Counted from the stretch's first letter, positions 52,369 through 62,680 are shown. The stretch is 64,000 bases of DNA from Pontiella sp. (GCA_050290185.1 JBNKHE010000001.1:418713-482712); one strand, 5' to 3'. Notes: generated by a model not told the origin, from the letters alone. Numbers and translations: made by a program.

Positions 52369-54378
52369 ATGCAATACCGTATCCTCGCCGTGTTCGCACT
52401 TGCGGCAACCACAACGTTTGCCGACTCGACCAACACCCTATCCAACACCGGAACGCAGGATCCCAATACCATCCTGATCACCGCAACGCGCACGAAAAGC
52501 AGCGTGCAGAACATCCCCGGAAACCCTGTCGTCATCGACTCGGACGCAATCAGGCAGGGAGGATTCACATCGCTCCCCGCCATATTGAACAAGAAGGCCG
52601 GACTGCATTTCCGCAACTATTCCGACAACCCCGGCCGCGCCTCCGTGGATATGCGCGGATTTGGAGCGAACAGTCATGGCCGGGTGCTGGTCATGATGAA
52701 TGGCCGCCGCATTAACCGACCCGACCAGGCCCCGGTCAACTGGTCGCAGATTCCGGTCGGCAACATCGACCGCATCGAAGTCGTCCGGGGAGCACACAGT
52801 GCGCTGTACGGGGACTTTGCGGTGGGTGGAGCCATCAACATCATCACCCGTCGCGGCACGGGAAAACCCGAATTCGAGGCCAGCCTCACGGGTGGCTCGT
52901 ACGGATTCAACGACGAAAGCATCAGCGCTTCCGGCGATGCAGGCGATATCGGCTACTCCACATCCATCGGGCACCAGTCCGCCGACGGATACCGGGATCG
53001 GTCTGCCTATGAAACCTGGTCGGGCACACTGAGTCTCGAAACGGATTTTTCGGATTATCTGGGATCATGGATCGATTATTCCTACATCGACTCCGACTAC
53101 GAACTGCCCGGCAGCCTGACCGAGGCCCAGGTGCGGCAGGATCGACGGCAATCCATCAACCCCGACAACGATGCCGCGGAACAGTTCCACAACATCGGAT
53201 TCGGCCTCGGGCTTTATCCCAACGAAAACAACGAGGCAACAATCGATCTCGGATTCAGCCGCAAGGACATTGAATCGAACTTCGCATCGTATTCATCCTT
53301 CAACACATGGGGGATCAACACCTATACCCTCAGCCCGAAATATGTCTACTCGGCCACCCCCTTCCACCGTGAAAACAAACTGACCCTGGGGGTCGACTTA
53401 AGCTACGACGATCTGGATGTCGACCTCTACGGCGACCGGGCCCACACCATCCGGAACGGGTCGTCCGCCGTGGGAAAAGAAACCGCCGGCGCATACGTTC
53501 ACAACGAACTCGATATTCTCGACCATCTTATCCTGTCCGGAGGAGCCCGGGTTGAGCAGGCCAAATACAGCATCAAGGAGCGCGATGCCTTCGGCGTTGT
53601 GCAACAAGACACCAGCGATACCCACAAGATATCCGCCTTCGATGCCGGAATCACCTTCCTGCCGGTCGAGCCGCTGAAGCTCTTCGCCCGGATTGACAAA
53701 CTCTACCGCCTCCCGTTTCTCGACGAGCAAATCTCCTACCAGGGCTTCGGCTCCGGCTTCAACAAGGATCTAGATCCCGAAACCGGCATGTCGTACGAGA
53801 CCGGCTTCAACCTTGCGCCCTCCGATCAGCTCGATCTCTCATGCACCCTTTTCCGCATGGATATGAAAGACGAGATCGCCTATGTCTTTCCCTCCAACGT
53901 GAACCTCGACAAAACCCGCCACCAAGGGGTGGAGCTTTCCGGCAACTGGCAGGCACTCGAACATCTGGGCCTTTACGCAAACTACACGTTCCAAAAGGTC
54001 GAATTCACCGCCGGTGCAAACAAAGGCAACGAAGTCCCGCTCGTACCCCAAAACCTGCTGACGACTGGATTCGATGCCGAACTACTGGATAACCTGCACG
54101 TCCTGACTGACGTCACCTTCACAGACTCCCAGTTTGCCGGCGGAGCCGAAAACAACGCCGCGGGATCCGAGCTCGATGCCTACACGCTGGTGGACGTTGC
54201 TTTGCGCTACACCCTTGCCTTCAAAAAGTCCGAGGTGGAGCTGTTTGCCGGCATAGACAACCTGTTCGCGGAGGAATACAGCCCCATTGCGTATTACAGC
54301 ACGTTCTCCGGTAGCATCTATGCCTACTACCCCGCGCCGGAGCGCACCTACAAGGCCGGCGTCAAAGTACGGTTCTGA
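52369..54378 (+). CDS. TonB-dependent receptor, BtuB-like
   Basis: Signal peptide, ITATR, IDRIEVVRG, GGAINIIT, terminal F; riboswitch upstream. Confidence 0.9.
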   Translation: MQYRILAVFALAATTTFADSTNTLSNTGTQDPNTILITATRTKSSVQNIPGNPVVIDSDAIRQGGFTSLPAILNKKAGLHFRNYSDNPGRASVDMRGFGANSHGRVLVMMNGRRINRPDQAPVNWSQIPVGNIDRIEVVRGAHSALYGDFAVGGAINIITRRGTGKPEFEASLTGGSYGFNDESISASGDAGDIGYSTSIGHQSADGYRDRSAYETWSGTLSLETDFSDYLGSWIDYSYIDSDYELPGSLTEAQVRQDRRQSINPDNDAAEQFHNIGFGLGLYPNENNEATIDLGFSRKDIESNFASYSSFNTWGINTYTLSPKYVYSATPFHRENKLTLGVDLSYDDLDVDLYGDRAHTIRNGSSAVGKETAGAYVHNELDILDHLILSGGARVEQAKYSIKERDAFGVVQQDTSDTHKISAFDAGITFLPVEPLKLFARIDKLYRLPFLDEQISYQGFGSGFNKDLDPETGMSYETGFNLAPSDQLDLSCTLFRMDMKDEIAYVFPSNVNLDKTRHQGVELSGNWQALEHLGLYANYTFQKVEFTAGANKGNEVPLVPQNLLTTGFDAELLDNLHVLTDVTFTDSQFAGGAENNAAGSELDAYTLVDVALRYTLAFKKSEVELFAGIDNLFAEEYSPIAYYSTFSGSIYAYYPAPERTYKAGVKVRF

Positions 54379-54390
54379 TGGAATCAAGAA

Positions 54391-54418
54391 GCGGCTTCCT
54401 TGAAACCAAGGAAGCCGC
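54391..54418 (+). other. Stem-loop after the receptor gene
   Basis: GCGGCTTCCTTG-AAAC-CAAGGAAGCCGC. Confidence 0.65.
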
Positions 54419-54456
54419 TAACATGCGTCTGCCGAAAAAGGAGACAGGAGATACCG

Positions 54457-55080
54457 ATGTACGAGTTGATGATCAAGGGCGGTCCGGTAATGTGGCCGTT
54501 GCTGGCCTGTTCAATAGTGGCGCTGGCCGTCGTCTTTGAGCGTCTCCTGTTCTGGTTGCTCGTTTCCATGCGCAAGAACCAGAAGCTCGTCAACCGCATC
54601 TTCACGCTGACCGAAAACGGCGACTTCGATACCGCCATCCAGGAAGGCGAAGCATCCCGTTGCCTGGTCTGTCGAATTCTCACTGCAGGGCTGGCGCACC
54701 GCAACTATGGCCTCGTCCAGTCGCTCGAAGCCGCCGCCATGCAGGAAATCGAAAAGATGAAGCGCTACCTCTCCGTGCTCGACACCATCATCACGCTCGC
54801 TCCCCTGCTCGGTATTCTCGGTACGGTCTCCGGCATCATCATCTCCTTTGACCTGCTTGGAACGGCGGGCATCGAGAACCCCAAGGCCGTCACTGGCGGT
54901 ATCGCCCAGGCGCTCCTCACCACCGCCGCCGGCCTCGCCATCGCCATCGTCGCCCTGCTCCCCTACAACGCCCTTACCCGCAAGGTCGAAAAGGTCACCC
55001 GCTATCTCGAACAGCTCGTCACCTGCTACGAAGTCACCGTCCAGAAGGGGATGGAGAACCGGCGGGATTCGACAAAATAA
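54457..55080 (+). CDS. exbB: ExbB/TolQ proton channel
   Basis: APLLGILGTV.G, GIAQAL.TTA.GL; start ATG 54457. Confidence 0.9.
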   Translation: MYELMIKGGPVMWPLLACSIVALAVVFERLLFWLLVSMRKNQKLVNRIFTLTENGDFDTAIQEGEASRCLVCRILTAGLAHRNYGLVQSLEAAAMQEIEKMKRYLSVLDTIITLAPLLGILGTVSGIIISFDLLGTAGIENPKAVTGGIAQALLTTAAGLAIAIVALLPYNALTRKVEKVTRYLEQLVTCYEVTVQKGMENRRDSTK

Positions 55081-55925
55081 TTAGGGACAAAATAATTCGA
55101 TGCCAATGGTTCCACAGCACCCAATCCGGCGGATTCCTGAAACGGAATTCCATGAGCTGGATTATGCAATCATGAAATTGGCTTTCGACACGCACAATGC
55201 TCTCGGTCGCTTTTATGACGAGAAGATTTACCAGGCTGAGCTGGCGAGAAACTGCAAACATTCCGGCATCGATATCTCGCTGGAATTCGAGATAAAACTG
55301 GTTCATGGCGACTATCAAAAACCGCTGTATATCGACCTACTGGCAGACAAAAGCTCGGTGTATGAACTCAAAGCGTGTTCCTGCATCGCAGAACCACATC
55401 GGATACAAGCGCTTAACTACCTCTTTGCCTCCGAGACGAAACATGGAAAAATCATAAATTTCCGCCCTAAATCCGTAGAGCACGAATTCGTCTCCACCCA
55501 ACTGGATCTTCATAAACGGCGGGAGTTCAGCATATCAGATGGAACGTGGGCATCGGGAACCCATGCTGACCAGTTAAAAGATCTAATTATCGCCCTACTC
55601 AATGACTGGGGTGCATTTTTCGATACCGACATTTATCTCGATGCCATATGCCACTTTCTCGGAGGAAAGGGTGCGGTCATTCGCGACACATCGATCCATA
55701 GCGACAATGCAGTAATAGGACGCCAAACCATACCACACCTCTCCGACACCGAGGCCTTCTGCCTGACCTCCGTATCAAAAAACATTCCGACCTATGAAAG
55801 CCACCTGATCCGATTTCTGAAACACACCAAGCTCGAAGCCATCCACTGGATAAATTTAAACCGTTCCAAAATTGGTTTTTCATCCCTGAATAGAAAATCA
55901 TTTTGTCCCTAATCATTTTGTCGAA
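55068..55925. mobile_element. Inverted-repeat-bounded GxxExxY cassette
   Basis: 30-bp terminal inverted repeats (28/30 match) at 55068-55097 and 55896-55925; splits exbB from exbD; more AT-rich than flanks. Confidence 0.7.
55100..55912 (+). CDS. GxxExxY-family (PD-(D/E)XK-like) protein
   Basis: HNALGRFYDEKIYQ, IDLL...VYELKA, Q..NYL...G.IINF. Confidence 0.8.
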   Translation: MPMVPQHPIRRIPETEFHELDYAIMKLAFDTHNALGRFYDEKIYQAELARNCKHSGIDISLEFEIKLVHGDYQKPLYIDLLADKSSVYELKACSCIAEPHRIQALNYLFASETKHGKIINFRPKSVEHEFVSTQLDLHKRREFSISDGTWASGTHADQLKDLIIALLNDWGAFFDTDIYLDAICHFLGGKGAVIRDTSIHSDNAVIGRQTIPHLSDTEAFCLTSVSKNIPTYESHLIRFLKHTKLEAIHWINLNRSKIGFSSLNRKSFCP

Positions 55926-55928
55926 CCC

Positions 55929-56336
55929 ATGAAACTAAACTGCGGATATGAAACGAAGAAGGCGCGGGTGGAAATGCTTCCGCTCATCGATGTCGTGTTT
56001 CTGCTACTCGTCTTCTTCATCTACGCCATGCTTTCCATGGTCGTTCATCACGGCCTGAAGGTGGACCTGCCATCGGCAGGAACCGCCACGCTGGAACAGA
56101 ACGACTACATCGCCATCACGATCGATGCCGACAACCGGATCTTTCTTGGCGGTGCCCCCATCGACATGGGCGAGCTTCCGGATCGCGTGCTTGAACTGCG
56201 CGGTGCGGAATCCAAACCTGTCTTCATCGACGGCGACGAGCTCGCGGATCTTGGCTTGGCGATCCAGTTGCTGGATATCCTGAAAAAATCGGGCATTGAG
56301 GAAGTTTCTTTTTCATGCAAGCAATCGCAACCATAG
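55929..56336 (+). CDS. exbD: ExbD/TolR
   Basis: PLIDVVFLLLVFF, VDLP. Confidence 0.92.
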   Translation: MKLNCGYETKKARVEMLPLIDVVFLLLVFFIYAMLSMVVHHGLKVDLPSAGTATLEQNDYIAITIDADNRIFLGGAPIDMGELPDRVLELRGAESKPVFIDGDELADLGLAIQLLDILKKSGIEEVSFSCKQSQP

Positions 56337-56926
56337 TAAGACAGCCCATCCTTGCCGGGCTGCTGCTTTCCGTGGTCGCCCACATGGCCATACTGCATCG
56401 GCACGCCATCATTGCCCCGTTGCATACAACGCCCATCCCCGAACTGGAATCAGGCCGAACGGCGGTACAACTAACCCTGATGACGACGGCCTCCGAGGTG
56501 CACATGCCACAGGAGGAACCACTCCCCGTTCCGGAACAGAACCAGCCCTCGCAGAAAGCCACCGTGGAACCCGTTGCAACCAATGCCGTTCCCCCATCCG
56601 CACCCCGGGAACCCAATACGGCAACGGTGCCGACTGAAGATACCGGCATCACATCCGAGGCTGTGGTCGTCGGCACCTACCATCCTGTCTATCCGCATAT
56701 TTCGACACGGCGAAGAGAAGAAGGTTCTGTAATGATATCGGTTCAGGTGCTTTCCAACGGGACCCCGGGCATCGTTGAAATCCTTGAATCCAGCGGCTAT
56801 CGCAGGCTAGACCAGGCCGCCATTGATGGCGTCGGAAAAACGACTTTTAAACCCGCTCTGCAGGATGGTCTTCCTGTCGAATCCACCACGGAACTCACAT
56901 ACACCTTCAGGTTGACCGATGATTAA
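56315..56926 (+). CDS. tonB: Energy transducer TonB
   Basis: TM anchor, Pro-rich linker, YP..RR.EG.V, SSG..LD.AA, FKPA. Confidence 0.85.
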   Translation: MQAIATIVRQPILAGLLLSVVAHMAILHRHAIIAPLHTTPIPELESGRTAVQLTLMTTASEVHMPQEEPLPVPEQNQPSQKATVEPVATNAVPPSAPREPNTATVPTEDTGITSEAVVVGTYHPVYPHISTRRREEGSVMISVQVLSNGTPGIVEILESSGYRRLDQAAIDGVGKTTFKPALQDGLPVESTTELTYTFRLTDD

Positions 56927-57824
56927 GCGGATCCCAATAGTACTACTTACCATCCTGCTTGCGGCCTGCGGACGGCACCCCCCCCCCCTGCCCGGGAATC
57001 CGGAGCGCATCGTTTCCATGGCACCGAGCATCACCGAATGCATCTTTGCCGCCGGCGGCGGTGACCGTCTGGTCGGGGTCAGCGCCTTCTGCACCTATCC
57101 GGAAGCCGTCCATCACCTGCCGGCGATCGGTGGATACACCGATACGAACTATGAAATGATTTATTCCCTAGAGCCGGATCTCGTGTTCATTCTCGATGAA
57201 CACGGTTCCGCCGCCGAACGTCTTGCCGCGCTGGGAATCCCCTCGTTCAAGGTGGACACCTCCACCATTCCCGCCATTCTCGAAAGCCTGCAGAACCTGG
57301 GATCACTCTTCCACACCGAAGAAACTGCCGACCTGGAAGTTGCCCGGCTGAAGCAACGGATGGAGGAAATCCAAACGCGAACACGCGATGCACCGCCCCG
57401 CCGCGTCCTCATTTCCGTCGGGCGCAACATAGGAACCGGGGACCTGTCCGATGTCTACGTCGCCGGGCGGAACACCCTCTATAATGAAATGCTCGAAATG
57501 CTTGGGGCGCAGAACGTCTATTCGGGCAACCTGGAATACGCCAAGCTCTCCCGCGAAGGCCTCATGCGGCTCGCCCCCGATGTCATTATCGATCTGGTTC
57601 CCGATCTGGCGTCCTACGGCAACCTGACCGCCGATGACGTTCGGCAGGAATGGAACATCCTGGCCAGCGTACCCGCCGTGCGGGACGGACAGGTCCATGT
57701 TTTGAGCAACAACTATGTCTGCATCCCCGGCCCGCGCTTCGTGCTCACATTCGAAGACATCGCCCGCGCCGTCTATCCCGAATGCTTCGCGGCAACAGCA
57801 CAAAATAATTTGGTGACAGAATAA
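56919..57824 (+). CDS. Cobalamin-binding lipoprotein (BtuF-like)
   Basis: Lipobox LAAC, RIVSMAPSITE, PGPR. Confidence 0.85.
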   Translation: MIKRIPIVLLTILLAACGRHPPPLPGNPERIVSMAPSITECIFAAGGGDRLVGVSAFCTYPEAVHHLPAIGGYTDTNYEMIYSLEPDLVFILDEHGSAAERLAALGIPSFKVDTSTIPAILESLQNLGSLFHTEETADLEVARLKQRMEEIQTRTRDAPPRRVLISVGRNIGTGDLSDVYVAGRNTLYNEMLEMLGAQNVYSGNLEYAKLSREGLMRLAPDVIIDLVPDLASYGNLTADDVRQEWNILASVPAVRDGQVHVLSNNYVCIPGPRFVLTFEDIARAVYPECFAATAQNNLVTE

Positions 57825-57826
57825 TT

Positions 57827-58615
57827 ATGTCCAAACCGGCCATCCATATCGAGAACCTGAACCTGAGCTTGTCCGGGAAAAACATCCTCGACGGGATTGC
57901 CCTGGAGGTGCAGCGCGGCGAGTATGTCTCGATCATCGGTCCGAACGGCGCAGGGAAAACCTCGCTCATCAAATGCATCGGCCACATCCATTCGAACTGG
58001 ACCGGATCGATCGCGGTCAACGGCAAGCCCTTGAACCGCTGCCCCCAACGCGAACTGGCTCGGCAGTTGAGCTATGTTCCGCAGGCCGAAGGACGCAGGC
58101 TGCCCTTCACCGTATTCGAGTTCGTGCTCATGGGGCGCTACCCGCATCTTTCCCCGTTCACCTCGGTCGGAGCAAACGACAAATGCATCGTCACCGAAAC
58201 GCTGGAACGGACCGGATTACTTCCGTTCAGCGGCCGCCGCCTTGACACGCTCAGCGGCGGTGAGCGGCAAATGGTATTCATTGCGGCGTCTCTTGCGCAA
58301 GGGGCGGAAATCCTGTTGCTGGACGAACCGACCTCCTTCCTCGACTATCGCCACCAGGCCCAGGTCATGCAGTTGCTAAGACGGTTGCACCGGCAAAACA
58401 ACATCACCATCGTATCCGTCAGCCACGATATCAATGCCGCCTGCGCGCAAAGCGACCGCATCGTGGCCCTTAAAAACGGAAAATGCGCATTCATCGACAC
58501 CCCGGAAAATGCCTTGAATGCCGAGCGGCTGGAAGCACTCTACGGAACCTCCTTCCTGATTGCCGACCACCCCTCCGGCAATGGGCGCATCGTTCTCGCG
58601 GAGGATCCCGCATGA
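57827..58615 (+). CDS. Cobalamin/Fe-siderophore ABC ATPase (BtuD-like)
   Basis: GPNGAGKT, LSGGERQ, LDEPT. Confidence 0.9.
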   Translation: MSKPAIHIENLNLSLSGKNILDGIALEVQRGEYVSIIGPNGAGKTSLIKCIGHIHSNWTGSIAVNGKPLNRCPQRELARQLSYVPQAEGRRLPFTVFEFVLMGRYPHLSPFTSVGANDKCIVTETLERTGLLPFSGRRLDTLSGGERQMVFIAASLAQGAEILLLDEPTSFLDYRHQAQVMQLLRRLHRQNNITIVSVSHDINAACAQSDRIVALKNGKCAFIDTPENALNAERLEALYGTSFLIADHPSGNGRIVLAEDPA

Positions 58616-59601
58616 AAACCGGCATAACCCTTTTCATCCTTGCCTGCATCGCATTGCTGACCCTGGCCATCGCGCCCATGATCGGTATCGATTTCATTCC
58701 ATGGTCGGCTATCTGGCACAACCCGGACGGCATGGAAGCCGGCATTCTGCGCGACCTGCGCATTCCGCGCACGCTGACCGGATTCCTCGTCGGCAGTGCG
58801 CTGGCCTTGAGCGGAATGACCTTCCAGGCCATGTTCCGCAACCCGCTCGCCACCCCCTTCACCCTTGGCACCGCCAGCGGCGCTTCGCTCGGCGCAGCAT
58901 TGTGCATTCGCTTCGGACTCACCTTCTCGTTCCTTGGGCTCACCGGCATCTCGTTCGCCGCCTTTGCCGGAAGCCTGCTGGCGGTCGGGCTCGTCTATGG
59001 CCTGACCCGGTTGAAAAAGGGATTCTCCACGGCCACCCTGCTGCTTGCCGGCGTGGCGGTCAGCTTTTTCTTTTCCAGCCTGATTCTGTTCATCAACTAC
59101 ATCAGCGGCTTTGCCAACACCTTCCGCATTATCCGGTGGATGATGGGATCGGTCGACCTCACCGGCTATGCCGGCCTTTCAAACATGCTCCCCTTCGTTT
59201 CGCTGGGCGCCTTGGGCATCGTGCTTTCCGCCAACGAACTGAACCTTCTCATGACCGGCGACGACATTGCAGCCAGTCGCGGAATGAATGTCGACCGGAC
59301 CAAGAAAATCCTCTTCGTGGCGACCGCGCTCATGATTGGCGGCGTAGTCGCCTTTTGCGGACCGATTGGATTCGTCGGCATGATGGCCCCCCATATTTGC
59401 CGGTTGATCATCGGCAACGAACATCGCGCGCTCATCCCCGCCACCGTACTCTTCGGCGGCACATTCCTCGTCGTATGCGATACGCTGGCACGCACCCTCA
59501 TCGCGCCGGTAGAAATGCCCGTCGGCGTCATTACTGCCCTGCTTGGCGGCCCCTTTTTCATCATTCTCCTGCTCAATAAAAAAGGAAACCTGGATCTATG
59601 A
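58612..59601 (+). CDS. FecCD/BtuC-family permease
   Basis: LRIPR, FRNPLA.P, GPIGFVG, PVGVITA.LGGPFF; start ATG 58612. Confidence 0.9.
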   Translation: MKTGITLFILACIALLTLAIAPMIGIDFIPWSAIWHNPDGMEAGILRDLRIPRTLTGFLVGSALALSGMTFQAMFRNPLATPFTLGTASGASLGAALCIRFGLTFSFLGLTGISFAAFAGSLLAVGLVYGLTRLKKGFSTATLLLAGVAVSFFFSSLILFINYISGFANTFRIIRWMMGSVDLTGYAGLSNMLPFVSLGALGIVLSANELNLLMTGDDIAASRGMNVDRTKKILFVATALMIGGVVAFCGPIGFVGMMAPHICRLIIGNEHRALIPATVLFGGTFLVVCDTLARTLIAPVEMPVGVITALLGGPFFIILLLNKKGNLDL

Positions 59602-61115
59602 GCGCGCGCTGCATCGCATTGCTCGGCACCGGCTCCGACGTCGGCAAAAGCGTCGTGGTCGCCGCGCTCTGCCGCATCTTCAAAAACCGCGGCATCTCCG
59701 TGGCGCCCTACAAGGCCCAGAACATGTCGAACAACTCCTACGTCACCCTCGAAGGCGGAGAAATGGGACGGGCGCAAGTGGTGCAGGCCGAAGCCTGCGG
59801 CCTCGAACCGCATACCGACATGAACCCCGTTTTGCTCAAACCCAACACCGATCTCGGCGCGCAGGTGGTCTTGCACGGACACGCCATCGGCAACGCCCTG
59901 GCCGCAGACTATTTCAAGGATACGCGCCATCTGTTCAACAAGGCCAACGAGAGCCTCGCCCGACTCAAGGAAAAATATGAGCTGGTGGTCATCGAGGGTG
60001 CCGGTTCCTGCGCCGAGGTCAATCTGCGCTCCCGCGACTTCGTCAACTTCGAGACCGCCCATGCCGCCGACGCCCCCGTCGTCATCATTGCCGACATCGA
60101 CCGCGGCGGGGTATTCGCCCAGATTGTCGGAACCTTGGAAATCATCCCTGAAAAGGACCGGGCCCGCGTGGCCGGCTTCATCATCAACAAGTTCCGGGGC
60201 GATGCCGCGCTGTTCGACGACGGCATCCAATATCTGGAGGAAAAGACCGGCCTGCCGATGCTCGGCCTGATCCCCTACTACCGCCATATCGAGATCGACC
60301 CCGAAGACGGAATGCCGCTTGAAACCGTCATCGACCCGCCCACACGACCGTTGCCGGGAAAGATCAATGTCGCCGCCATTCGTCTGCCGCACATCTCGAA
60401 CTTCACCGACTTCAACCCGTTGATCCGCAACGAACGGGTCTCCTTCCACTATCTATCGAAATCCCGTTCGCTCGACGGCTACGACGCGCTGATGCTCCCC
60501 GGAACCAAGAACGTCCGCTTCGACCTCCAATGGCTCAAGGACACCGGATGGGAAAACCCGATCCGCGAATTCTCCGAAAGCGGCGGCCACGTGCTTGGCA
60601 TTTGCGGCGGCTACCAGATGCTGGGCCGCCAGGTGCACGATCCGCACGGCATCGAAGGCGAGCCCGGAACCACGGACGGCTTTGGACTACTTGACATCCA
60701 AACCACGCTCAAAAAAGAAAAGGTGCTCTCCCGCTCGCAGGGAATCCTTGCCGGCGGAATACGCATCGATGGCTACGAAATCCACATGGGAAAAACCGCG
60801 CTGGGCGGCGATGCCGCGCCCATGGTCTTCGTGCAATCCCGGAACCGGCACCCCGTCGAGGATACCGACGGAGCGGTTTCCCCCGACGGAAGAATCAAGG
60901 GTTCCTATTTCCACGGCCTGTTTGATTTTCCCGAATTCCGCAACCACTACCTGAAACGGCTCAATCCCGATTATCCGGCCGAAGAAGCGCAAGCCGCCGC
61001 CGACTTCAAGCAATCCCAATACGACCTGCTCGCCGAACATTTCGAGCAGCACCTCGACATGGATAGACTCCTGTCGATCACCTTCGCTAAAAATCAATCC
61101 CCTTGCGGGCTTTGA
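59598..61115 (+). CDS. cobQ: Cobyric acid synthase
   Basis: GTGSDVGKS, KAQNMSNN, EGAGS.AE.N, GICGGYQMLG, GYEIH. Confidence 0.95.
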   Translation: MSARCIALLGTGSDVGKSVVVAALCRIFKNRGISVAPYKAQNMSNNSYVTLEGGEMGRAQVVQAEACGLEPHTDMNPVLLKPNTDLGAQVVLHGHAIGNALAADYFKDTRHLFNKANESLARLKEKYELVVIEGAGSCAEVNLRSRDFVNFETAHAADAPVVIIADIDRGGVFAQIVGTLEIIPEKDRARVAGFIINKFRGDAALFDDGIQYLEEKTGLPMLGLIPYYRHIEIDPEDGMPLETVIDPPTRPLPGKINVAAIRLPHISNFTDFNPLIRNERVSFHYLSKSRSLDGYDALMLPGTKNVRFDLQWLKDTGWENPIREFSESGGHVLGICGGYQMLGRQVHDPHGIEGEPGTTDGFGLLDIQTTLKKEKVLSRSQGILAGGIRIDGYEIHMGKTALGGDAAPMVFVQSRNRHPVEDTDGAVSPDGRIKGSYFHGLFDFPEFRNHYLKRLNPDYPAEEAQAAADFKQSQYDLLAEHFEQHLDMDRLLSITFAKNQSPCGL

Positions 61116-61698
61116 TACCGGCCTCGTAGGCGTGCTTGACGCTGTTGATTTCCGCAACGGTGTCCGCCAACTCGCGGATCGCATTGCCCCCACCGCGCCC
61201 CGTAACAACAACGGTCTGCTCGCGCGGTCGGTTGCGAATGGCTTCGAGCACCATCTCTTCGTCGAGGTATTTGTAGCCCAGCATGTAGGTCAGCTCATCG
61301 AGCACGACCAGATGCAGGCTTTCGTCCTTGAGCAACCGTTCAGCAAAGGCCCAGGTCTTTTCGGCCGCGGCCATATCGCCCGCGCGGTCCTGCGTATCCC
61401 AGGTAAAGCCCGTTCCCATTTGGTAGAACGGCAGGTCGGGATAGTTTTCGCGGATGAACAATTCCTCCCCGCTCAGCTGCTTTCCCTTGATAAACTGCAC
61501 GAGGCCAACCTTGTGGCCATAACCCAGGCAACGCATGATCATGCCGAAGGCCGAGGTCGTCTTGCCCTTCCCGTTCCCCGTGAGCAGAATCACGATGCCA
61601 CGCTCCTCCGTGGCCATCGCGATTTGACTATCCACCCGCTCCTTCTGGTGTGCCATTTCGAATTTGTGCTTCAACTGCGCCCGTCTTTGCTCGTCCAT
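61087..61698 (-). CDS. cobO: Cob(I)alamin adenosyltransferase (CobO/BtuR)
   Basis: TGNGKGKTT, QFIKG, LDEL, TGR, GIDF. Confidence 0.93.
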   Translation of the reverse strand: MDEQRRAQLKHKFEMAHQKERVDSQIAMATEERGIVILLTGNGKGKTTSAFGMIMRCLGYGHKVGLVQFIKGKQLSGEELFIRENYPDLPFYQMGTGFTWDTQDRAGDMAAAEKTWAFAERLLKDESLHLVVLDELTYMLGYKYLDEEMVLEAIRNRPREQTVVVTGRGGGNAIRELADTVAEINSVKHAYEAGIKARKGIDF

Positions 61699-61777
61699 GA
61701 AAATCCTCCATATAATATAGCCAAAACTATGTCACAAACCGAATTGTCGGAACAATCCAATCCGTTAGAATGCGCCC

Positions 61778-62572
61778 ATGAATTCCATTGAAGAAAAAGA
61801 ACAGACCTTGCTCGAAGAGCTCAAATCCTACGGCGCCTTGGCCGTCGCCTATTCCGGAGGGGTCGACTCCACCTATCTGGCTGACTGCGCGCACGAGATG
61901 CTGGGCCACAACGCCATGATGGTGATTGCCGATTCCCCATCGATTCCCCGCGAAGAGCTGCAGGCGGCCATCGATATGGCCACTGCTCGCGGCTGGAACC
62001 TGCGTATTATAAAAACCAGCGAACACCTCAACGACGAATATCTTCAAAACAAGGGTGACCGGTGCTTCCATTGCAAAAACGAGCTGTTCACCAGAATGGA
62101 GGACATCCTTTCTGAATTCGACGACAATATCGTACTCGCACATGGCGCCATCGAGGACGACAAGGGCGACATCCGCCCCGGCACACAGGCTGCCGCCAAC
62201 CATTGCGTTGTCGCCCCGCTGCAAAATGCGGAACTCTACAAAAAGGACATCCGCATACTCAGTGAACGGCGCGGCCTGCCCACCGCCCGCAAGGCCTCCT
62301 TCGCCTGCCTCGGCTCGCGCTTCCCCACAGGAACCCCCATCGACCTCGAATCCATGACCCGGATCGAAAAGGCCGAAGCCATTTTGCGCGCCCGCGGCTA
62401 CCGCCAATACCGCGTCCGCCACCACGGCGACCTCTGCCGCATCGAGATCGATCCGATCGATTTCGACAAACTGATGCATGAGCGCACCGAAGTGGTCGAT
62501 GCCATCAAGAAAACCGGCTATCGGTTTGTCACCCTCGACCTCACCGGCTACACGATGGGATCGAGCGCGTAA
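61778..62572 (+). CDS. larE: LarE-family ATP-dependent sulfur transferase
   Basis: AYSGGVDS, RCFHCK, RPG, ACLGSRF, RVRHHG. Confidence 0.88.
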   Translation: MNSIEEKEQTLLEELKSYGALAVAYSGGVDSTYLADCAHEMLGHNAMMVIADSPSIPREELQAAIDMATARGWNLRIIKTSEHLNDEYLQNKGDRCFHCKNELFTRMEDILSEFDDNIVLAHGAIEDDKGDIRPGTQAAANHCVVAPLQNAELYKKDIRILSERRGLPTARKASFACLGSRFPTGTPIDLESMTRIEKAEAILRARGYRQYRVRHHGDLCRIEIDPIDFDKLMHERTEVVDAIKKTGYRFVTLDLTGYTMGSSA

Positions 62573-62582
62573 TATAATTTGA

Positions 62583-62653
62583 ACCACCCGCTGCACTAGA
62601 GGCACCAAGGTTCACAGAGACTTTTCCTCCGTGCCCCTCAGTGACCTCCGTGG
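62583..62653. repeat. CACAGAG-type palindromic element
   Basis: ACCAC...CTAGAGGCACCAAGGTTCACAGAG...CTCCGTGCCCCTCAGTGACCTCCGTGG. Confidence 0.65.
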
Positions 62654-62680
62654 AGAAAAATAAAATTAAAGGAGAAAAAA

